Assembly: GCA_949432885.1 (NCBI GenBank)
Contig: CASQXY010000001.1
Coordinates: forward strand, 46,793 to 110,792
Direction: 5' to 3'
Source: an uncultured bacterium
Lineage (GTDB): Bacteria > Bacillota > Clostridia > Christensenellales > CAG-917
Length of the DNA: 64,000 nucleotides
Numbering within the stretch: position 1 is the first letter of the stretch; each line of letters opens with the position of its first letter. Position numbers and translations under genes: made by a program. Shown here in pieces: positions 58,481 to 64,000 of the stretch. Under the pieces are notes generated by a model that had not been told where the DNA came from, did not search any database, and saw only the letters and a list, made by a program, of their open reading frames with translations.

Positions 58481-59394
58481 AATTTCACGATTTCCTTCAC
58501 GCTGCCTATCGGCTTTCTTCTGAGAACGACCGCCGTATCGAATCTTTTCACAAGCTCCGCGTATACGTCAGACCTTTGAAGAGCCTCCACGCTGTCGCCG
58601 TGAACGGAGGCAATCACCTTGACGCCGCATCTCATAACGTCGCAGATTGCCGAAATCTCATTCTCTCGAAACAGCTCGTCCGTTACGATGACCTCAGGAT
58701 TCATAGCCCTTATACTGTTTTCATACGCTACGCTTTTGGGCACTCCGCTCACGATATCCGCGTCTCCGACATCCAACGCAGGTATGCCGTCGGTTACGGA
58801 GGCAAGCTCGTATCTCTCGTCTATGACAACTACGTTTTTATGGGCGGACAGCAATCGCGCAAGCTCTCTGAGCACCGTAGTTTTTCCGCAACCGGGAGGA
58901 GATATAATAAGCGTATTGCGCACTTGTTTTTCGTGCTCGCCGCACTCTGCCGTCACGCTCTCGCCGCAGCCGTCACATGCGCTAACTGCGTATACGCTGT
59001 CGATAATGCCGTCCGCCGCGCTCCTTATCTGATGCGGTATACGAATGGAGAGGTAGGATATATTCTTGACGTTGAGCAGCTTTCCCCCGTCGGAAACGCC
59101 CTCGCCGCCTACGCCTATACGCAGATTTTTGCAAGGGATATAACCCTTTATCATCTCGTCGCTAACCGAGTACGGAGACATGTTTGTCGCTCTTGCAATA
59201 ATTCCGTCCACGTCCTCCCGAGTGACGATATATGTGCCGCCCGCCTGTCTGGGATATATGCGCGGATTGACCTCGGACGAAGTGAGAAGCAAAAGCCGCC
59301 TGCCTATTCTCAATCTGATTTCCGTCAGACATTCGGGTTTTACGCTTTCGGTTATAAGCCGCGCTAAATTCCCAACTATCAACCCGTCAAACAT
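58477..59394 (-). CDS. spoIIIAA: Stage III sporulation ATPase AA
   Basis: EIRLR, SPPGCGKTT.LR, IDER.ELA, MNPEVIVTDE and ASVHG motifs. Confidence 0.95.
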   Translation of the reverse strand: MFDGLIVGNLARLITESVKPECLTEIRLRIGRRLLLLTSSEVNPRIYPRQAGGTYIVTREDVDGIIARATNMSPYSVSDEMIKGYIPCKNLRIGVGGEGVSDGGKLLNVKNISYLSIRIPHQIRSAADGIIDSVYAVSACDGCGESVTAECGEHEKQVRNTLIISPPGCGKTTVLRELARLLSAHKNVVVIDERYELASVTDGIPALDVGDADIVSGVPKSVAYENSIRAMNPEVIVTDELFRENEISAICDVMRCGVKVIASVHGDSVEALQRSDVYAELVKRFDTAVVLRRKPIGSVKEIVKL

Positions 59395-59428
59395 ACTAGA
59401 CTATATGAAAACGCCTCATCGCATATCG
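59395..59428 (-). promoter_or_regulatory. SigE promoter abutting the spoIIIAA start (putative leaderless)
   Basis: ATA-16 nt-CATATAGT-5 nt-ATG, no SD; spoIIIA is SigE-dependent in Bacillus and Clostridium. Confidence 0.7.
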
Positions 59429-59437
59429 CAATGAGGC
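59408..59437 (-). terminator. Hairpin / terminator overlapping the SigE promoter
   Basis: GCCTCATTGC-gatat-GCGATGAGGC followed by GTTTT. Confidence 0.55.
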
Positions 59438-59470
59438 AAAAAAAGACAAAATACGCGCGACCGCTCTTTT

Positions 59471-59609
59471 GCAGGGTTAGAACGATTTTAATATTCTTAT
59501 TTAATTAATAGATTTACCCGACCCTTCCGCGGGCTACCCGAGACTTGCTTTCTATTTTTAAAATTAAGAATCCCTTCCGTAAAGTTTCCCCCGAACGCGT
59601 TCCCTTGCT
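59471..59609 (-). ncRNA. Putative structured non-coding RNA (long interrupted hairpin), family unknown; strand inferred
   Basis: Nested complementary arms found by eye: GCAAGGG/CCCTGC, GAACG/CGTTC, ATTCTTA/TAAGAAT, TTTAA/TTAAA, AATAGA/TCTATT, CCC/GGG. No ORF; flanked by terminator-like hairpins. Confidence 0.5.
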
Positions 59610-59635
59610 AATACAAGAAAAAACAAAATTCAAGC

Positions 59636-59694
59636 AAAAAGCGCTTTTGCGAACCGCCAAATATACTTACGTACATGGCGGCTTGCAAAAGCGC
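59636..59694 (-). terminator. Terminator after efp
   Basis: GCGCTTTTGCAAGCCGCCA ... TGGCGGTTCGCAAAAGCGC followed by TTTTT. Confidence 0.85.
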
Positions 59695-59723
59695 CTCTGA
59701 ACACTTATTCGCTCAATACACGC

Positions 59724-60287
59724 TTAGACTCTTGACATGTACTCGCCTGTACGCGTATCTATACGTATCGTATCACCCTCGTTGACAAACATAGGCACCT
59801 GCAACTCGTATCCTGTTTCCACAGTCGCGGGCTTGGTGGAATTAGTCGCGGTGTTGCCAGCAACGGCAGGCTCGCATATCGTGATAAGCAACTCGACAAA
59901 GTTTGGAGGCTCGACGGAGAACGCGTCGCCTTGGAAAAACTTCACCGTAACGGACATATTCTCTTTTACGAAGTTAAGCGCGTCCTCGACCTGACTTCTG
60001 TTAAGCGGAATCTGCTCGTACGTCTCGGCGTCCATGAAGTAATAAAATTCACCGTCGGTATACAGATATTCCATAGACTTGGTCTCGATATGCGCAAGGT
60101 CGAATTTCTCGGTCGGATTGAAGGTCTGCTCGAGCACCGCGCCCGTAACGACGTTTTTCATCTTCGTACGGACAAAAGCCGCGCCCTTGCCGGGCTTGAC
60201 ATGCAAGAAATCGACGACGGTCATAATCTTGTTATCGTAGAGGAAGGTCACGCCCTTTCTCAAATCGCCTGCCATAATTTGTGCCAT
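59724..60287 (-). CDS. efp: Elongation factor P
   Basis: [14 protein letters not shown] and DTRTGEY.SR motifs; own promoter TTGCAA-17-TAGAAT. Confidence 0.98.
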   Translation of the reverse strand: MAQIMAGDLRKGVTFLYDNKIMTVVDFLHVKPGKGAAFVRTKMKNVVTGAVLEQTFNPTEKFDLAHIETKSMEYLYTDGEFYYFMDAETYEQIPLNRSQVEDALNFVKENMSVTVKFFQGDAFSVEPPNFVELLITICEPAVAGNTATNSTKPATVETGYELQVPMFVNEGDTIRIDTRTGEYMSRV

Positions 60288-60377
60288 AGTTGTATTCTCC
60301 TAATATAAGTTTTGTATTTTTATCCGCAAAATATCTTCGCGTTTATTCTATCACCGAAACGTTTGCATTGCAAGCGT

Positions 60378-61076
60378 TCATCTGTTTATGACTATGAGCT
60401 CGGTCGAATGACGGCTTGCTACGCCCTCGAACCCGACGAACAGCATGTCTTCGATACGCACTCCCATCTCGTTTGGGAGGTATATGCCCGGTTCGACGGT
60501 AATGACCATTCCGCTTTCAAGTACGTCTTCGCTGCCCTTTGCCACGCGCGGAGCTTCGTGCACGACCTTACCTACGCCGTGACCCGTGGTATGGATAAAT
60601 TTATCGCCGTAGCCGCGCTCGTCAATATAGTCGCGGCAAGCCTTGTCGATATCTCCGCATATAGCGCCGACTTTGACGGCGGCGACTCCCAGCTTCTGCG
60701 AGCGGTAAACAATATCGTATATCTCGCGCTGCTTGTCGTTTATCTCGCCGAAAGCAAAAGTCCTCGTAAAGTCCGAACAATAATCTTCAAAAACAGCGCC
60801 CATATCAATCATAACGAGCATGCCTTTTTCAAGTTTGCGGTCGGTCGGTACGTGGTGAATATCCGCGCATCCCGCGCCGAACGCGACAATAGTATCGAAC
60901 GACAGTCCGCTAGCGCCCTGCATAAGCACGAAATTCTCTATAAAATCCGCTATCTCTTTTTCGGTATCGCCCTCTTTTATTGTTTCGAGAACGGCGTCGT
61001 AGGTATCGTCGATTATTTGCGCGGCGCGCTTCATTGCGCGCATTTCCAATTCCGTTTTGATAACTCCGCTTTCCAT
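60378..61076 (-). CDS. Xaa-Pro peptidase (M24B), catalytic domain only
   Basis: H, D.G...Y.SD.TRT, H.TGHGVG..VHE, EPG.Y and RIED motifs; yqhT-like position before efp; SD AGGTG. Confidence 0.9.
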   Translation of the reverse strand: MESGVIKTELEMRAMKRAAQIIDDTYDAVLETIKEGDTEKEIADFIENFVLMQGASGLSFDTIVAFGAGCADIHHVPTDRKLEKGMLVMIDMGAVFEDYCSDFTRTFAFGEINDKQREIYDIVYRSQKLGVAAVKVGAICGDIDKACRDYIDERGYGDKFIHTTGHGVGKVVHEAPRVAKGSEDVLESGMVITVEPGIYLPNEMGVRIEDMLFVGFEGVASRHSTELIVINR

Positions 61077-61091
61077 ATTATCACCTGTCCG

Positions 61092-62705
61092 TCACTTCGC
61101 AAACTCTACGCTGCGTACCTCTCGTATGACGTTTACCTTTATCTGTCCGGGATATTGAAGTTCGTTTTCGAGTTTCTCCGCAATCTCTTTGGCAAGGAAA
61201 ACCGTCTTTGCGTCGTTTATCTTCTCGGGTTTCACCATAACACGTATTTCTCTTCCCGCCTGAACCGCAAAGGTCTGGTCTACGCCGTCGAAGGACTTTG
61301 CGATTTCTTCCAGCTTTTCAATACGCTTGACGTAGTTTTCAAGCGATTCGCGTCTGGCACCCGGTCTCGCGCTTGAAATAGCGTCCGCCGCCTGCACGAT
61401 AACAGCGTCGATTGTAGTGGGCTCAATATCGTTGTGGTGCGCCGCAATGGCATGCACGACGTCGTTGTTCTCACGGTATTTTTTTGCTATATCCACGCCG
61501 AGTTGAATATGCGTGCCGTCGAGTTCATGGTCGACAGCCTTGCCGATATCATGCAATAGTCCCGCTCTGCGCGCAATCTTGGGGTCGATGCCGAGCTCCG
61601 CCGCCATAATCGACGCGAGCGACGCGACCTCTATGCTGTGTTTGAGCACGTTCTGCCCATAGCTGGTGCGGTATTTAAGTCTGCCCAGTATTTTTACGAT
61701 TTCGGGATGCAAGCCGTGAACGCCGACCTCAAAAGCCGCTTCCTCGCCTGCTTCCTTTATGCCTGCCTCCACCTCGCGTCTGATTTTGTCTACCATTTCC
61801 TCGATACGCGCGGGATGAATACGTCCGTCCGTTATCAGCTTTTCAAGCGTAAGCCTTGCAACCTCGCGCCTTACAGGGTCGAAACTCGAAAGCGTTATAA
61901 CGTCGGGGGTATCGTCGATGATAAGGTCGACGCCCGTCGCGCTTTCCAGAGCGCGGATGTTTCTGCCCATACGGCCTATAATCCTGCCCTTCATCTCGTC
62001 GTTGGGAAGAGCTACGACGGAAACGGTATTTTCCGTAGCGTGGTCTGCCGCGCAACGCTGTATCGCCTGAGATATGATATTTTTAGCTTCTTTTGCGGCG
62101 TTCTCCTTAGATTCCGCAATAATATTCTTGGCTTCCTGAGCCGCGTCCTTTTTGACTCCTTCGAGCAGTGCGCTTTTAAGCTCCTGCGACGCCTCTTCCT
62201 TTGTCATGCCCGAAACTCTTTCAAGCTCCTTTTGCATAAGTTCCTTGGAATGTCCGAGCTCCTCTTCTATGGATTTCAGTCTTTCCTTCGTTTCGTCTAT
62301 CTGTTTTTGAGCTTTCTCCGCGTCCTCTATTTTCTTGTCGAGCGACGCACTCTTCTTGTCTATAACGTCCTCTTTCTTGTCGAGAGCCGCTTCCTTCTGC
62401 GCGAGTCTGTTTTCCGTGCGCTGCCAATCCTGCTTGCGCTCCTTGGTCTCCTTCTCGAAATCGTCGCGCATCCTGTTCATTTGCTCTTTCGCGTCAATCA
62501 ATCCGTCCTTACGGATGTCCTTAGCTTCCTTGTTTGCCTCTTCGATAAGTCTCGCCGCCTCGCGCTTCGCGTTGCCGATTTTGCTCATCGAATACATTCT
62601 ATACGCAAAAAATCCTGCCGCCGCGCCTACAATCGCCGTCGCAATGGCTATACCTGCCGCCGCGCCGCCGCTTATTGCGGAAAGCAATAATCCAATACCG
62701 GTCAT
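61092..62705 (-). CDS. rny: Ribonuclease Y
   Basis: TM helix, coiled coil, KH domain (KGRIIGR.GRNI), HD domain (LLHDIGK). Confidence 0.98.
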   Translation of the reverse strand: MTGIGLLLSAISGGAAAGIAIATAIVGAAAGFFAYRMYSMSKIGNAKREAARLIEEANKEAKDIRKDGLIDAKEQMNRMRDDFEKETKERKQDWQRTENRLAQKEAALDKKEDVIDKKSASLDKKIEDAEKAQKQIDETKERLKSIEEELGHSKELMQKELERVSGMTKEEASQELKSALLEGVKKDAAQEAKNIIAESKENAAKEAKNIISQAIQRCAADHATENTVSVVALPNDEMKGRIIGRMGRNIRALESATGVDLIIDDTPDVITLSSFDPVRREVARLTLEKLITDGRIHPARIEEMVDKIRREVEAGIKEAGEEAAFEVGVHGLHPEIVKILGRLKYRTSYGQNVLKHSIEVASLASIMAAELGIDPKIARRAGLLHDIGKAVDHELDGTHIQLGVDIAKKYRENNDVVHAIAAHHNDIEPTTIDAVIVQAADAISSARPGARRESLENYVKRIEKLEEIAKSFDGVDQTFAVQAGREIRVMVKPEKINDAKTVFLAKEIAEKLENELQYPGQIKVNVIREVRSVEFAK

Positions 62706-62907
62706 ATTCGACCTCCATTTATATAATCAAAGCCATGGGAAGAAAACGCTTAAAAATATCGCATAATTTGTGAGATTTATATAAGCCGAGGCGTAAAACC
62801 CGAGGCACAAACAATCTATCTATACGGAATACGTTTCCAAGCAATAGCTTTGTCGCATATAGTATATACCATTTTATATATTAAGTCAACATATCGCACA
62901 AAAAATA

Positions 62908-62933
62908 GTTGCCGCCCATAATCGGGCGGCAAC
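62908..62933 (-). terminator. Terminator after recA
   Basis: AGTTGCCGCCC ... GGGCGGCAACT followed by ATTTTT. Confidence 0.8.
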
Positions 62934-63011
62934 TTCGCTGTGAATCGCATATTTAACCTTTTATGCAGCGTTTTCGGCTTTATAAACCTCTTTTTCATTC
63001 AAAAACGCACA

Positions 63012-64000
63012 TCAGCCGTTCAAACCATATTTTTCACGAACTTTTGAATCGATTTCGGCAAACACTTCGGGATGACTCAAAAGATAATCCATAGCCTTTT
63101 CCTTGCCCTGTCCGATTTTCTCGTCGTTGTAGCTGTACCAACTTCCGCCCTTCTGCACAAATCCGTTCGTAACCGCAAGGTCGAGCACGCACGCGGCGTT
63201 TGAAATTCCCGTGCCGTACATAATATCGAATTCCGCCGTTCTGAACGGAGGCGCGACCTTATTCTTCACGATTTTCGCTACCACGTGATTTCCGATGACG
63301 TCCGCACCGTCTTTGAGAGTGTCACCCTTTTTCCTTATGTCTATACGCACGGAAGCGTAGAATTTGAGCGCCTTGCCGCCCGTCGTGGTCTCGGGATTAC
63401 CGTACATAACGCCGACCTTTTCTCTAAGCTGATTTATAAATATGATTGTGCATTTGCTCTTGGACGCAACTGCGGTCAGCTTGCGCAGAGCCTGCGACAT
63501 AAGTCTCGCCTGCAAACCCACGTGGCTGTCGCCCATGTCCCCTTCTATTTCCGCCTGCGGAGTGAGCGCCGCAACGGAGTCTACGACGATGATATCCACC
63601 GCGTTGCTTCTCACGAGCATTTCGACTATATCGAGAGCCTGTTCGCCGTTGTCGGGCTGAGCGATATACAGATTTTCAATCTGAACGCCGAGCTTTGCCG
63701 CATACACGGGGTCGAGCGCATGTTCCGCGTCTATAAACGCCGCGGTGCCTCCCGTCTTCTGCATTTCCGCAACGCAATGAAGCGCGACCGTGGTTTTTCC
63801 CGATGACTCGGGTCCGTATATCTCTATAATTCTACCCTTCGGGATTCCGCCTATTCCAAGCGCGACGTCGAGCGTAAGACAGCCTGTGGACACCGCCTCT
63901 ACCCTCTGCGAAGTCTCTTCGCCGAGGAGCATTATCGAGCCCTTGCCGAACTGTTTTTCGATTTGCGCAAGCGCGTCCTGCAAGCATTCCGCTTTGGATT
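63012..64000 (-). CDS. recA: Recombinase A (start lies beyond the window)
   Basis: [33 protein letters not shown] and KNKVAPPF motifs; frame open to the window end. Confidence 0.98.
   Translation of the reverse strand, partial: SKAECLQDALAQIEKQFGKGSIMLLGEETSQRVEAVSTGCLTLDVALGIGGIPKGRIIEIYGPESSGKTTVALHCVAEMQKTGGTAAFIDAEHALDPVYAAKLGVQIENLYIAQPDNGEQALDIVEMLVRSNAVDIIVVDSVAALTPQAEIEGDMGDSHVGLQARLMSQALRKLTAVASKSKCTIIFINQLREKVGVMYGNPETTTGGKALKFYASVRIDIRKKGDTLKDGADVIGNHVVAKIVKNKVAPPFRTAEFDIMYGTGISNAACVLDLAVTNGFVQKGGSWYSYNDEKIGQGKEKAMDYLLSHPEVFAEIDSKVREKYGLNG

Noticed and set aside
1-64000. CRISPR arrays, tRNA/rRNA/tmRNA, IS elements, prophage, defence systems, alternative genetic code
   Set aside because: None seen by eye. 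There are no regularly spaced repeats and no integrase or transposase motifs, and conserved genes translate full length in code 11. smpB is present without an adjacent ssrA.

Overview
A chromosomal housekeeping window from a spore-forming, anaerobic Clostridia-like bacterium (taxonomy inferred from gene content and order). About 65 CDSs are present, mostly on the minus strand. In order: dnaE (partial), whiA, a PHP phosphatase, murB, uvrC; a Hnd/Hyd-type electron-bifurcating [FeFe]-hydrogenase operon; nadE; gldA-dhaKL for glycerol oxidation; metA/metY; smpB/secG; tsaC-ywlE; the yqfC-yqfD-phoH-pgpH-ybeY-era-yqzL-recO cluster; dnaB; pepF; DUF1846; topoisomerase IV-type parE/parC; murG; iscS/iscU; infC-rpmI-rplT with an attenuator leader; a TetR-ABC cassette; the complete spoIIIAA-AH operon; efp; rny; recA (partial). 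I found no CRISPR array, rRNA, tRNA, prophage, transposase or defence system. The most unusual signals are non-coding or sub-genic. (1) At least seven genes have no SD and a -10 box 5-7 nt before the start codon, suggesting leaderless mRNAs, three of them under sporulation-sigma-like promoters. (2) An unannotated ~140-nt rod-shaped RNA candidate lies between efp and spoIIIAA. (3) DnaB ends in an acidic SSB-like ...EDLPF tail. (4) A perfect 24-bp LacI-like palindrome sits in front of an iscS-iscU operon that has no adjacent iscR. (5) Several conserved proteins and operons look trimmed. All product calls come from recognising motifs by eye; no database search was run.
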